A stretch of DNA of 64,000 nt from Podarcis muralis (lineage: Eukaryota). Location of the stretch: the NCBI RefSeq assembly GCF_964188315.1, contig NC_135656.1, positions 93,930,001 to 93,994,000 of the forward strand. The letters are read 5' to 3'. The position numbers were made by a program, and so were the translations under genes. How positions within the stretch are numbered: position 1 is the stretch's first letter; each line of letters begins with the position of its first letter. Below the pieces are notes generated by a model, which saw only the letters and a list, made by a program, of their open reading frames with translations, ran no database searches and was not told the origin of the DNA. Positions 36,561-49,835 of the stretch are shown piece after piece.

Positions 36561-38288
36561 GTTTGCTTGGTTCAATTGATACAAGTTCAGTGCAGCAGGT
36601 TTTCAAACCTTTACATTTTTAAAAAACTTTTGTAAAATTATTTGATTTTTTTCTGTTTTTATGCAGTTCAAGAGATGAGTGCTTGGCACTGAGTGACTAA
36701 CCAGATTTATAATACACAAGTGCTTGTGTGCTCAGACAACTTTTACATGAAGTTACATATTAATGCATATACTGAAAATCTTTGCCTTGTACAAAATGAT
36801 GAACTAGAGAAGCCAAATTGTAACAGTGGGGTGCTTGCCGCAGTCCTGAATTCTGTTCCATCCAATGTAAAAAGTGTCACCTATCTGTTCTGCTAGAAGT
36901 TGTTGCCATAGCACTGCTTGACAGAATGGCTTTTGCTGGCATGTCTAATGCTTTGCTTTTGGCACCACTGAACATTCTTAGGTGAGGCATAGCAAAGCGC
37001 ATATACTGTGGACCCTCACATCCTAAGATAAGGAAAACCAATTTCAGTCACCACAGGTTGGAGATTACTGGAGAAGGTCACTAAATAGTGGTGTTTGATG
37101 TGCAGCCCTGGAATATTTTAGGTAAAGGCGAGAAATAAGCCTACACAGGAATAAGAAAATTATTCCACAGTATTGCGGCTTTGCCATTGATGTTTAGAAA
37201 GTGGAAAAATTGTGAATACAAGTGAAGATCAGAGTATTCTTTGCAGTAGTCAAAACAACTTGTTTATATAGTTTTAAAAAATGGTAGAGAATAAAGTAGG
37301 TTTGTGTGAGTATTGAACAGGAGCACTCAGATAGAAATTGCTTAACAATTGTTTTTTCTTCTTCTGAGACTCTGCCACCCACGCTGACAAGGTGACTGCA
37401 ACCTTTATGTAATGCTTGCACATGCTTCACGGGGTTCCTTTCCTTTTTGTAATACATACATATATTTTCTCTCCTTAGAATGTGATTGTGCAGTTTAATC
37501 AGCAGAGCACTGAAAAGCAGGATGTCATAATTCTACTATGATAAGAATTCAGAATGGCCTTCTTAATCTTTGTGCAGCTTTCTTTAAATTATTGAGCATA
37601 AATGTAACATAGAAACCAGCTCTGTCCGTCTTTGAGCTACAAGAATTCAAGCACTACCTGGGAGAAATCTGCCAGTCAAGCAATACTCATAGAACATACT
37701 CAGCACTTTGTAGACTTTGTCTGAAGAAGGGTTCCCTTCTTTCAGGAGACTTAGTAAGGTTAAAAAAGAAAACTTAATTCACCTCTGAATATTAAGAATG
37801 GTTATTCCCACTAATAATGAATTTTGACTCTTGAACACTCATTCGGGTGACTCCAAAATAAGATAGTGGCTTTTAGATAAGTTGGAGACTCCCTATGAAC
37901 ACAGAAACATAGAAGTACAAACTTATGGCATCTGTCTGTCTCGAGTGACAATGGAGTGTGTCTCCAGGGGTGTAGTCAAATTGCTGTGTTAGCAGCACCA
38001 AAGTGACCTCCCCAGGGTGGAAGCCTAGGAGGGCAGAGAAAGAGAGGAATTGACCTGCTTGAGCCCTCAACATTATAGTAAATATCCTGGAGAGGGAGAA
38101 TTGGGGCCCAGAGAGATACATGTCATGAGATAAAAGAACCCCTCTTTCTTCACTATGCAGGGATCTAAATAAATTTCTGTGTCATGATATAGAACTGATA
38201 CAGTTTCACTTCTGAATTTCTGGGACCATTCAATTAATGCGCCTTCTATTATATTCATGTGCAGCTAATGTGTGTTTTCCCTGTACAG

Positions 38289-38359
38289 TGCCTGAGGTAC
38301 CACCATCTGAAGTGAGTGGAGGAGGCGGCAGCAGGTCTGAACTGGTCATCACATGGGAT
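38289..38359 (+). CDS. CNTN3: Contactin-3 exon, FnIII-2 start ((V)PEVPPSEVSGGGGSRSELVITWD)
   Basis: gtacag|TG...GAT|gtaagt; 71 bp, phase 1 to 0. Confidence 0.95.
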
Positions 38360-38779
38360 GTAAGTGTTCTGCTTGGAATTTATTTCCCAAAAGTTGCCTT
38401 TTTTATTATCTACTCAGTAAAAAATTACCCAATAACTGACATAAACGTTCATTTATCTGATACAGCTGACTTGTTCTGTCATCTTAATATGTATGCTTTT
38501 CCTGGCCTCTTTCCAGAATATTATCAGAGCAATATTTAGCTAAGCTTATTATTATAATAGTCTCATAGGTTTTCAGAGTTAACACAAAAATTAAAACAGC
38601 TACTTGGATACTGAAAGTACCTCTTCTCATCAACTTTATGTCCCCAACAAATAGCATATGTTTTCAGAGTTTAGGTCTGAGATTTCCTGTAAGATTATTT
38701 GACACATAAACAAAATCACACAGATTTATCCCAGTCTGGCTGAGGCCATCTGAAAAATACTCCAGTAGGAGAAACCTGT

Positions 38780-39420
38780 AGATTGAAAGGGTACGAAGGC
38801 CTGCCATTACTTCCCTTAGTGGTCTATCCCTTTGATGACAGTGATGACATTGGAAATAGGCTTCTTAAGTCAACACTCTGTAAAATCCTGGATGTATTTG
38901 CCTTTATAGAGCCAACTTCCAACCTTCCAAGCCTCCACATAGTGGAAACCCAAACATGGTGTCTCTTACTAAGATTGTCATCCTAAAACTAGTTAGGAAT
39001 TGCTGTCAAACTGAATGGGACTTGCATCTGAGTAAACACACTTCAAAATTTGTTCATTTAGGGCTAATGAATGCACCAGTCCTTGGTCTCTTTAGGGATA
39101 AAGCTTATTGTATTTCTGTTGTGGCTTTGTTTTATGTTCCATTCATTCCTATTCCCCAGGTTACAATCTTCATTCAGTTAGTGCTCCTTTCTTCCCTTTA
39201 TAGTTTCTTTTTTCTAATTCCCACCTTTGTTCCTTTTCCTATTCTCTTCCTTGTAAATGTAATAATCTCTCTTTTGCCATCCATCAGGCTGACTCCCCTC
39301 TATCTTTCAAACCCTTTTCAAACAAGACACTTCCTTACTGTACCTAGCGGATGTTATCGCTTCTCTCCCTTTGTTGGCTTCCTGTGTCATCTTTCTTTTG
39401 CACTGCACATGTGTTTATTA
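38780..39420 (-). mobile_element. Degenerate CR1 RT fragment
   Basis: Minus-strand remnants resembling VPDDWKxANVVPIFKKG and later RT motifs. Confidence 0.4.
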
Positions 39421-40040
39421 GATTATAATATTAACTTTCTGTGTAGTTGATTATTATGCTTTTTGTGTTACTGGTTTGGATAGGGAATGGGACCTGATCT
39501 GTTTTATATTCTGTGCGGCTCTTAATTAATCATCTGTGCTTAATAAATGACTGACAATGATAACTCGGCTTAATGCTGTATGGAATTTATGCCACTGAAT
39601 ACTGGGGCTGAACTGAATGTCCTCTCTGTGAAACATTTAGTGATTTAAAAAACTTGCTAAATCAAGCAATAGGCATGCTTTGTAAAAGCCCAGAATGTTG
39701 CTGGAAATGGCACTGTGAGATCGTGTTGCAGTATTTCCATTGTACAGGGGAAGAATGAGGTGCCCCTAATGGTAAGTCGGGTCTGCAGACTTCCTTGGGA
39801 TATACTGCTAAATACATGTGCTAGCACATGCGTTCCTAATGTGCCCTTGGGTTTCTTAAATTGGATCCCATTGCCCCTTTGGCTAATTTAAAACCTCAGG
39901 AGTCAAGCTTCTCTTCCTCATAACATTGATTAGACAAACGAGACATCAAATAATTATTTTACTAGATTTGTTATGTTTACATAGCTTGAATTTTTTGTTG
40001 TTATTTTAGTATTTTCTTCATTTACAATTTTTTGGCTTAG

Positions 40041-40275
40041 CCCGTTCCTGAAGAATTACAAAATGGTGAAGGATTTGGCTATGTCGTAGCTTTCCGACCT
40101 CTTGGAGTTACAACCTGGATACAGACAGTTGTCACATCACCTGACACACCCAGATACGTCTTCAGAAACGAAAGCATCTTGCCCTTTTCACCATATGAAG
40201 TCAAGGTTGGTGTGTATAATAATAAAGGAGAAGGACCATTTAGCCCCGTGACCACAGTGTATTCTGCTGAAGAAG
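40041..40275 (+). CDS. CNTN3: Contactin-3 exon, FnIII-2 ([78 protein letters not shown])
   Basis: ggcttag|CCC...GAA G|gtgggt; 235 bp, phase 0 to 1; almost identical to recalled human peptide. Confidence 0.96.
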
Positions 40276-40466
40276 GTGGGTTTTTGAATCATCTCTTACA
40301 TACCTGTCGTTATTTCCCATGTCAATGAGTGAAATATAAATATTTGCTTTGCTAGTATCTGTGAAGCCATGTTAATTAGTTGGCCAGTGAGTTCGTTAAG
40401 TTTATTTGTTTTTCCTGATTCCCCTTCTACCCTGGGTTTTCTTATTGTTTTTGTTTCCTAATGCAG

Positions 40467-40582
40467 AACCCACCATAGCACCTTCTGGTGTATCTGCAAA
40501 CAGCCTCTCATCTTCTGTAATTGAAGTCTCCTGGGTTTCCATTCCTTGGAAAATGAGTAGTGGAAGATTGCTGGGCTATGAG
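40467..40582 (+). CDS. CNTN3: Contactin-3 exon, FnIII-3 first part ((E)PTIAPSGVSANSLSSSVIEVSWVSIPWKMSSGRLLGYE)
   Basis: atgcag|AA...GAG|gtaaaa; 116 bp, phase 1 to 0. Confidence 0.95.
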
Positions 40583-41569
40583 GTAAAAATAAAACCCTGT
40601 GAAAATGTTCCTTTTCCTAGAAGCTAACATGACTGTGATAAGGTGTTTGGTTTTCTTTTACTTTCAAATCATTATTCAGTTGCCTGTTGGAAGCCAAAGC
40701 TTGCTGTTAAAATCAGCTGCTCAGTCTTTGCTTCTTTATGGAAAAATGAGTCATTCAAACATCTGGTGATGTACTTTTTTCTCTCCCCCAAATTTTGGAA
40801 GGGAAGTTGCTAAACAGGCCTGCTGTTTGAAACTAGAAAGGGAGCTTTCTGCTCCTGAATCTAGGCGAACACATGGCATAGTCACAAATAATCTGTTCTG
40901 GGGGAGAGTATAAAAGCCAAATGTAACTATTCCCACTTTTTGTATGTGTAAAACTTGAGCTTTGCCTTATTTCCTGGCCTCATGCCAGATCAATTACTGC
41001 AAGCTCACTAAAACTGCATTGAGAATGGAAATCAGTTGGCAGCCAGCTCTGCTTTTGCTATCTGTATATGCCTGCTTGGTATCTACAGCATCTCTTGCTG
41101 TTTCTCCAGCAAAGATAAGCACCGTACCCAGTTTCCATTAATAAAAACCCAGTTGCATTTAAATACCCATGGTTGTGTTCCTTTCTGCTTTGGGAAAGGT
41201 AGTAAAATTGCTTGTGCACGATGACTTTATGTAAACTGGTGTTTAAGCTGACTACAAAACAAGCCAGGCACAAAATTCGATACTGACATTTGCAATACTT
41301 AATAGCAATAGTGCTGTGTGCCCATGTAATGGTAGAGAGCTGCTGAGTAACTGCAACGTCTACGAAAATAGAGCTGTTTCTCTGGGTTTTAAACAAAAAC
41401 ATTGGGGGGGGGGTCCCTTTCAATACTGTTCTATTTCCCATAATAGTCTGAAAGTAAAATTGCATTCAGACAATTGGACCTGCTAAGCAATAGGTGATAA
41501 ATAGCTATATCAGAGTAAGCAGCAAGGTCAACAATATGTTCTAAGTAGCTTACTTTTTGTACCCTTTAG

Positions 41570-41756
41570 GTGAGGTACTGGAATAACGGTGGAAAAGAAC
41601 AGTCTTCCAACAGAATAAAAGCCATTGGAAATGAGACATCAGTAAGAATAACAGACCTGATGAGCAACCTTGTGTACTATACAGCTGTTCGAGCATACAA
41701 CAGTGCAGGAGCAGGTCCTTTCAGTGCCACTGTCAATGCTACCACAAAAAAAACAC
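41570..41756 (+). CDS. CNTN3: Contactin-3 exon, FnIII-3 second part (VRYWNNGGKEQSSNRIKAIGNETSVRITDLMSNLVYYTAVRAYNSAGAGPFSATVNATTKKT)
   Basis: ctttag|GTG...ACA C|gtaggt; 187 bp, phase 0 to 1. Confidence 0.95.
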
Positions 41757-42228
41757 GTAGGTACCATCACTAGGGGCAGGAGGGGAAAATGTCACAATGG
41801 GGTTCCTTTTCTTGCAAGGAAAACAAAATAAACTTTTACTAATGCTACCGTAAGCTCTGTGATGCTTTGGAAGCCTGCTTGCTAACCAAAGAAGTTTCAA
41901 TAATAGACCTTTTATCTATTTTTTGTGTCTTCCGGGAAGACAATAACACAACTCTTACATAATGGGAACAGTGCTTGGGCTGTTTTCAGATATAGGCAGG
42001 CAACTAGGCTTCAATATACTTAAACCAAAGCATTCTCTGTGCACCTGAAACTACATTCCTGTTATACTGATAATCTGGCGGTAACCAATTTGTTGCTCAA
42101 TAGCTTAAACCTTTGGGATTTTAGAGCTACATATCAGTCATGTATCGTTGGAGTTTGGTTCTGATTTCTTTAGGAAGAGGGAGGTCTTTCAAGCTGTGAA
42201 CCCTGTCACTGCTGAAGAATATGCATAG

Positions 42229-42261
<33 letters not shown>

Positions 42262-42270
42262 CGCGCGCAC
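42229..42270. repeat. (GT)12(GC)8AC compound repeat
   Basis: Direct reading. Confidence 0.95.
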
Positions 42271-45200
42271 AGACACACATATCCAACAGTGAAGGATACT
42301 GTTTCACAGACTAGTGGGCATGTATACAATTCTGATGTGGGTGATATGCATAGTATATTTGGATTTGCACCTGCTGCATTCTTCCAGCTTTGGACAGGTA
42401 AGAGCACGGAGGTTGTTGTTATTACTATTACCTGCTACTATTACTACTATTGTTAGCATAATTGGAACTCTCTGGGGGAAGCGTTCCTATTACTTGCCTT
42501 CAGTATAGTGGCAATGTTGTGGTACATATTGAAACATAGGTGTATCTTACTGTTGTTACGCGAGATGCAGGATTCTCCTTGAACTGTTGCCTCTTGATTT
42601 GACTAGAAATGGGCAAATGGCCCACATGTGGTACTCGGAGTATCTCGGAAATAAACCACTTTGTCCTCCAATATATCAAAAGCAAATTGGCTCCTTTCCC
42701 AAGGCTCTTGAAAAATGAAGGCATCTTCCCCCCCCCCCACCGCCCCGCCATGCCAAAAGCACTCCCACCTAATGAGCATCTAGTGCTGCTCTCACTGCCA
42801 CTCAACTTCAACATAAATTTGTATAAAGTATAACTCAGATGGATTATATTATTCCTCTAGGTGTTAAGATGAAGGTTAGAATTAGCATCAAAATCTATAG
42901 TTTAGAAATCTGAAATACCTCCCCTCCCTGGTGGTCAGAGGACTCTACTCCCTAGTGGTCATTTATTTTTAAATTTTATTTATTTGAAGGTTTATAAACT
43001 GCCTTGCAGCCAAAAGATACCAAAGCAGTGTTCAGTAAAATAAAGTAAGATAAAATATAAAAGAGAATGGTGTACAAACTTAGTAAATTGATTGTCTAAT
43101 TTTAGCCGCCTACACACACACACACACACACTCAATACACACATTGCGATCATGTGCAGATTTTAAAGTTGCTGCCTGGTGATTGACAGATTGGCAGGTT
43201 GTCCATATGCAGAACTTCCAGGGGACTGGGGTGCGGAGGTCATGGGAGAGGGAAGTCACTAATTTGCCTTTTAAAACTTGGTTTTACTGCTGGCAGATCA
43301 GGTAGAGCCCAGTTCTTCAGAACTACTTAGGTGTTCCCACAGATATGCCGGTAAATTTCACTTTGTGTCATCATTTCAGGAATTTAGCCTTATTAGAATT
43401 CTTGGGGGCGGGGGGAAGCTAACCAATCCAGTTTAATTTCTGACGCTCTCAGATTCAGCATGAGTTTCAGCATTCTCATCACAGTCTATTATTGCACAGT
43501 GGGTCCGTAATAATTGAGGCTCTCCTAATTGCAACTTTCTGATGTGATGTGGAGAGATGGAAATGTGTATTTCAGTATAGATTTGGGAACCAGTGAAGAG
43601 GCTCGTAGAAATTAAGCAAGGAGAAACTAGTAATGACCCCTGCGGCTGAACACGGCTATTCAGGTTATGATGTTACAATTCCGTAGTAATTGAAAAAGTA
43701 AAATCATTTTCAATGACCTTTGTCTTTTTAATTATAATCCTAATGTAAGATTGAAAACTGCCTATTTATCTTATAAAGGTTGAAGCAAGTCAAGGGCACA
43801 TGCTACAGAGTTGATTGTTATCTCTCTCCACCCCTGCTCATCCCTGCAGTAGGCACTGTGGAAAATGGAAGCTCCCTTTTCATGCTTGCTTCCCCTTCCT
43901 TAAAAAAATATTTGAATGCTAAGGTTGAAAAACACTTGCATGCAGGACTATTGTTATTAATTAATTACCGTAATAATGACCACGACAAGGGACTGATGGC
44001 CATATACCCCACTTTCAGATCACCCTCACTCTGCCCAGCCAAGAAACAAGGTCCAGAATGTTGGCCTGCCCTATGCAATCTACAGGTCTGCAATCACAAA
44101 TGGGGCAGAGCCACTGGCCTAGCTCCCCAGCAGGTTGGTCACTTGTGTTTATTGGGGAGGTGTGGGGCAGTGGGAAGCCATGCTTCCACCAGTATTACTA
44201 CACCATGCTGGCTTTCCCACTGCCTCACCCATCTCCCTCCCAGTAAGCAACAGCCACCCACCTAGCGGGAAGTTAGTGCAGTGAGCCACTTCTGTCTACG
44301 GTTACGGCCGTGCAGCTTGAGCAACCAACACACATTTCCCCAGGAGAACATTACGTATAACAAACCACAGCATAGATCATTAGCATGCTTTGAAATCAAT
44401 GCCGCAACAGTCAGGCTTAGCCATTTATCACTTTAGCGGATACTAATATAATTATCCTGCAGTTTTAGGAGATAGTGATTTGTTACAGAAGCTCTGTGGC
44501 TGAAAACCCGGATAGGACCAAGCCGAAAATAGTGGTGGTGTGTGTTTGTTTTTCTGAACAGTTTAGGCAGTATCTAAAAAGCAGCCCCACCCTTAAATAT
44601 TTTTGTTGCAGGGAGTGCATTCAGCTATTGTTGAGTTGTTAACCTCTCTCAATTGACTTTGTTTGCCCTCAGTTTACATAAGCTCATAGACTAACCTGAT
44701 TGGCTGCACAACATTCTGTTGGAAATGTTTGCTACGTGATCAGCAATCACATAACTGAATAATGCAAGGAGATGAAAGAAGCCTAATAAAGTCTAATTAA
44801 AGGAAGGCTAATAAAAATGCTGCCAAAGCAGCAGCCAACAGAGAACAATGACACGAAACAGCGATGTCTAAATTTCCTGGAAACTGAAATGTTCAATACA
44901 TCTCTAAACAGAGGTTAAAATGTTGGTTGAAATTTCAAAATTGGGCTAATAGGACCGTTTATGCTTTATTTGTGTGAGTGCGCACACTAACTTTAAACAG
45001 TTAGAAACACATTCAAGTTCACCATCTCTTGACTGAATTAAGCAGTTCTCATTACTACCCAGAATGACAGCTTAATAAATAACAGTTTGTTTTTCTTTGA
45101 CTTTGAATTTACTTTTCATTTTATTTTCTTAAAACTAACAGTTACACTTTGAAAAGCACCCCCATTGCAAATTCCACCTAAACAATGTTCTGTCATGGTA

Positions 45201-45328
45201 TGATTGAGTCTTTAAAATGGTCTCTCTTATTTGTCGCAATTTGTAGGGTTCCTTTACTAATCACTTAAGAAAGAACAGAAAGGAGTACAGCGAGAATGAG
45301 ACCTCTGTGTATACGGCGGTGTAGAAGT

Positions 45329-45364
45329 TGAATGAATGAATGAATGAATGAATGAATGAATGAA
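45329..45364. repeat. (TGAA)9 microsatellite, probably a LINE tail
   Basis: Direct reading; preceded by GGCGGTGTAGAAG, similar to L2 ends. Confidence 0.85.
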
Positions 45365-45684
45365 TAAACAGATCCCCCACCAATGAAGTACATGTAACAA
45401 CAACAAAACAAAAAACAACAAAAAGTTGCAGCGTTTTATGCTGACACTTCTCTTTGAGGATATTTAATGGAAGGTCCAAAGTCATTTTAAAACATAATAA
45501 TATTTACATGCCTCTCCATATTTTAAGAAATGAATCTAGAGTACAAATGAGATGGCTCTTTGTGAAAGTGCTCCTACATCTAACATGTCATGACAGTCAA
45601 TTTACCTGGCTTGGTATTTGCTCGCACATAATAAATCTCTAATGCCAAGTAAATTAAAATCATGTTTTCATTATGCATTTAAAG

Positions 45685-45797
45685 CACCCAGCCAGCCTCC
45701 AGGAAACGTTGTGTGGAACGTTACTGACTCCAGGGTCATGCTGAATTGGGAGCAGGTGCATGCAATGGAAAATGAGTCAGAAGTCATTGGTTATAAG
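45685..45797 (+). CDS. CNTN3: Contactin-3 exon, FnIII-4 first part ((P)[37 protein letters not shown])
   Basis: tttaaag|CA...AAG|gtaagt; 113 bp, phase 1 to 0. Confidence 0.95.
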
Positions 45798-46022
45798 GTA
45801 AGTAACCAGCGAGACTGCAGTGATACCGTTCAGAATGCTTGCTTAGAAACAGGCTGTTTCTATCAGTGCTGGGAAATACTCTTTTTCCACTGATTATCTT
45901 TTTTTATAAAAAAAACAAAAAACACCAAAAGCCTCCTGTAATATAAAATGTAGGGCTAAATGAAAATGTGTCAGTAACCAGGTCTTAATATCTCCACAAC
46001 CTCAGTTCTTAGGAAACTTGTA

Positions 46023-46126
46023 TAGGAATTCGTTCATCTATTTATTTTTTTCAAAATATAGTCCGCCCCCACAAGGTCTGAGGGACAGTGGACCGGCCCC
46101 CTGCTGAAAAAGTTTGCTGACCCCTG
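46023..46126. mobile_element. Single end of a hAT/Charlie-type element resembling OC1
   Basis: GTCTGAGGGACAGTGGACCGGCCCCCTGCTGAAAAAGTTTGCTGACCCCTG terminus; other TIR not found. Confidence 0.5.
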
Positions 46127-47455
46127 TATTGCATCAATTCTTTGGCAGTATCAAATGCTCCTGCACACATTCATCGGTATCTTCACAGCAGGCTCCCTTT
46201 CGAATGCTCTAATTAGCAATTGAATTAGGCCTAGAACAGGGAAAACAACCACTTAAAATGTTTTCCTTTGTTTAAAGAGCCATACAATTTTATGCAGAAA
46301 ATCCCAGGCATTCGTACTTCTGGCTGAAACCAAAAAAGAATTTGCCTTTTTAAAAAAAAAAAGATTTGGAGAGGACATCATTGTGCGTTCCATTAGTTGC
46401 ACAGGTCATCATGGACTATATGCCTAAGATTTTCTGCACTAGCCCTTAAATTATACAGTTTATCATGCTTGATGCCTTGCAGCCATATGGGTTTGCTCCA
46501 TTCATGGTAATTAATTCTGCAACAGATTGGGAACATGCAAAGCCCAGAAGAGTAATCATTGCACAAAATTTTCACACAACTTCATACCTTTCTCTCTATA
46601 GCCTATCTTACCCCAATCCCAGTTTCTGATTTAGTATCAGAGTGGAGAATTACCCACGGAGTAAGCAATCTGGAAAGAACCAGTGTGCGCAGGTGTCTTT
46701 CTCTAACTATTAATAACACTAATTATATTGTTTTTGAGTATTCCAAATTCATTGGAGGTGACATGTGGTTTAGGTTAGCTTTCAGCTTTTGCTTTGTCAG
46801 CACAATTTTGTTTTAAAAAAAGAGAGAAAGTGGGGGGAAGAATTTTCACTAAAATCTGAACTTCTGTATCTCATGAATGGCCTTAGAAATCCCAATTGCC
46901 AAAATCACTTATTTGTTAATTGCATCTTGCTGTGAGGTTTATTGCAGTGGAGCGCAGATGTTGTTATAACTGCATGAATTTAATTTTTTTAAAAAAAAAC
47001 CAGCAAGAAATATTCAGTTTAATTCCAAGGTAGAATAATGACTTACTACATACAAACTTTCTCTCCACATAGCCCATAATTCTTCACTTTCTCGTGTGCT
47101 TGACACTCCAGTATCCTGACCCTATTTATTGCTTTGAGTCATTGATCAAGCTAATGGCAAGCACCAAATAGAGTAATAATTTATAGACGACCCCATTACT
47201 GAGAAACTCAATAGAATATATTATGTATTCGTTGTTGTATACTCTTGCATTCTAGATCAAAGCTGGGATAAAGGTACTTGACTGATGCTGTATACTTTCA
47301 GTGCCTCGGAAGAGATTAGGTAGAATTCCGTAGTGTGCTATGCCTCCCCCTTCTTCTTGTGTGTCCCCCCCCTTCCATCTTAAAATGACATTAAATGTAT
47401 CATGTTAGATGAAATAACATCCCTAAAATTACCAGCTTTCTTTTCCATATTTCAG

Positions 47456-47624
47456 ATTTTGTATCGGACTAGCAGTCAAAACGAGCTCAGTGTCCTTATT
47501 ACTAACAGAACATCTGCAGAACTTCTGCTCCCTTTAAATGATGACTACATTATAGAAGTGAAAGCAGTGACTGATGGTGGAGACGGCATTAGCAGCGAAC
47601 AGATTAAAATTCCTAAACTAGCAA
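47456..47624 (+). CDS. CNTN3: Contactin-3 exon, FnIII-4 second part (ILYRTSSQNELSVLITNRTSAELLLPLNDDYIIEVKAVTDGGDGISSEQIKIPKLA)
   Basis: tttcag|ATT...GCA A|gtatgt; 169 bp, phase 0 to 1. Confidence 0.95.
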
Positions 47625-47829
47625 GTATGTTTACTAGATGCTGATGAATGGAGTTTCATCATAAGTAGGACATTATGGTTTATCTTTAAAGACTGAGAGT
47701 TGATGTGAGATATGAATTTTATTTAGTGGAAGAAACTAATTTAACCCTTTGTCATGAAATTGCTTCAAAGCAAGGTCACATTCACATCATACTATTGAAG
47801 CACTATGATGCCACGTTAAACCGTCATTA

Positions 47830-48188
47830 GTAAAGGTCAAGGTAAAGGGACCGCTGGCCATTAGGTCCAGTCATGGCTGACTCTGGGGTTGCGGCGCTCG
47901 TCTCGCTTTATTGGCCAAGGGAGCCGGCGTACAGCTTCCGGGTCATGTAGCCAGCATGACTAAGCCGCTTCTGGCGAACCAGAGCAGCGCACGGAAACGC
48001 CGTTTACCTTCCCGCCAGAGCGGTCCCTATTTATCTACTTGCACTTTGACGTGCTTTCGAACTGCTAGGTTGGCAGGAGCTGGGACCGAGCAATGGGAGC
48101 TCACCCTGTCGCGGGAATTCGAACCACCAACCTTCTGATCGGCAAATCCTAGGCTCTGTGGTTTAACCCACAGCACCGCCCGCGTCTC
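47830..48188 (-). mobile_element. Sauria SINE, subfamily A
   Basis: Full length; TSD TTAAACCGTCATTA/TTAAACCATCATTA (47816-47829, 48189-48202). Confidence 0.9.
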
Positions 48189-49835
48189 TTAAACCATCAT
48201 TACTTTCCCCAAATAAGTATGGGAGCTGCAGTTTCTTAAGGCTGCTGAGAGCTGTTAGGGGACGCCTATTCCCCTCACACATATCCAGCTTCCAGAGTTC
48301 CCTGGGAAAGGATTGATTGTCAAACCACTCTGAGAATTGTTATTATACAATGGAATCTTGTAAATATAGGCTTAGATTTCAGTTTCATTTCACTTTCAAT
48401 TTGTATCCTGCCTTTCTACATATACAAGGCAGTTTACAAGCTGAAGACACCACAAAATATGCAACAAAGATCACACATGTTAAACTCAGAATTATGGGTG
48501 AAGAGGCACATAATTTGGTGAAGTCAGTATCTTGGAGGGAAGCAGATGACATGGACTACGGAGGCCCACTAGATTTAAATTGAGACTAGTGGAAAAATAG
48601 GAACAACACAGGCCTATCCTATCAGCAAACTGAGGGCATTGGACCATGTGAACAGCACGGAAAAATTATAGATGATATTGGTGCTGGTGGTTTATAATCT
48701 GCTGTACCCCAGCAGAGAAATACAGGTAAATCTCAGTTGCAATCCATTTAACTTGAACTCTGCAAAAAGTTGTTGGGCAGTGCTGTTTTCGAAATTGAGT
48801 TTATATTGATTAATAAAAGGGTGGCGTAGGGGATTTATGCACTACATTAATGTTATGAAAAAGAACCCAATTAAAATTCTTCATGTTCCTATGCATGACA
48901 AATTGCATTCAGTTGAGCTAGTAAATTACCATGTAAATTAGACAGCAGTATGTGTAGGAGAATCAGTTTTTAATTTTTCAGTCTGTTTTTCAGAACTGGA
49001 GATAGCTGAATAAATACTCCAAATATTAATTTGTTTCAATTGTTTTTAAAGTATATACAATATATCACTTCTCAATTGTTTGTCTAAGATCAAGGGTAAT
49101 GACAATAGCTGGACAGCATAACGTCATTCAGGGGAAATGTAAAGCTATTTCTTAATAGCTCCTGGGAACTAATGGAACATTGTCCTTACAATGGTCTATG
49201 GGAACTAGTCCGTTGCAAATGAAGCTTACCAGTCAGTGGTCCCAATAGAACAAATGGCTCTACAATCTCAGAAGACCCATCTTTTTATATGTTCCTTCAC
49301 ACCTCAGCTGCTTCCAAGCCAACCTAGAAACATGTTTCGGATTCTGTCTATATGGGTGCTCTCAGCAGTTACAAACATGCAGTTGATTGCATTTTCTAGA
49401 GGATTTGGTGCTACTTTACAAGACATAAATATCTATTATGATTTTATTTATTTTAAATAGTTCTAAACCAGCCTTCAGCAAGCAGATTTCATGCTGGTGT
49501 GCAATAAACATGCCATGTCACATAGTCCCATACCAATGTGAGAAAATGTCAGTAAGGGAAAATGCAAATAGGTACCTGGCCTACCTGAAAGAAAGGCTCA
49601 TTGAATTCCATCGGTTTTACTACTAAGTAGACATGCAGTGCATTGCACTGTAAATGCATAAAGCTATGGCATATGGAAAGGCACTTCTGAAGATGAGCAG
49701 TTGGGGAGATTTCTATGATGTAAAGCAGTAAGCACTAGTGAGAGCCGAAAGAAAGGGTTGTATTTTTGGGGAGGGGGATTAAGAACATGCATATTTTGCT
49801 TTCCAACTAATCATATATTTTCCCATTTGTTGTAG

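Noticed and set aside
38956-39450. 164-aa hydrophobic ORF
   Set aside because: Pyrimidine-rich antisense of a decayed LINE; TTG/GTG-type start, no splice support
43780-44265. 161-aa ORF, and similarly 54029-54514
   Set aside because: No recognisable domain, no convincing splice sites, composition of non-coding DNA
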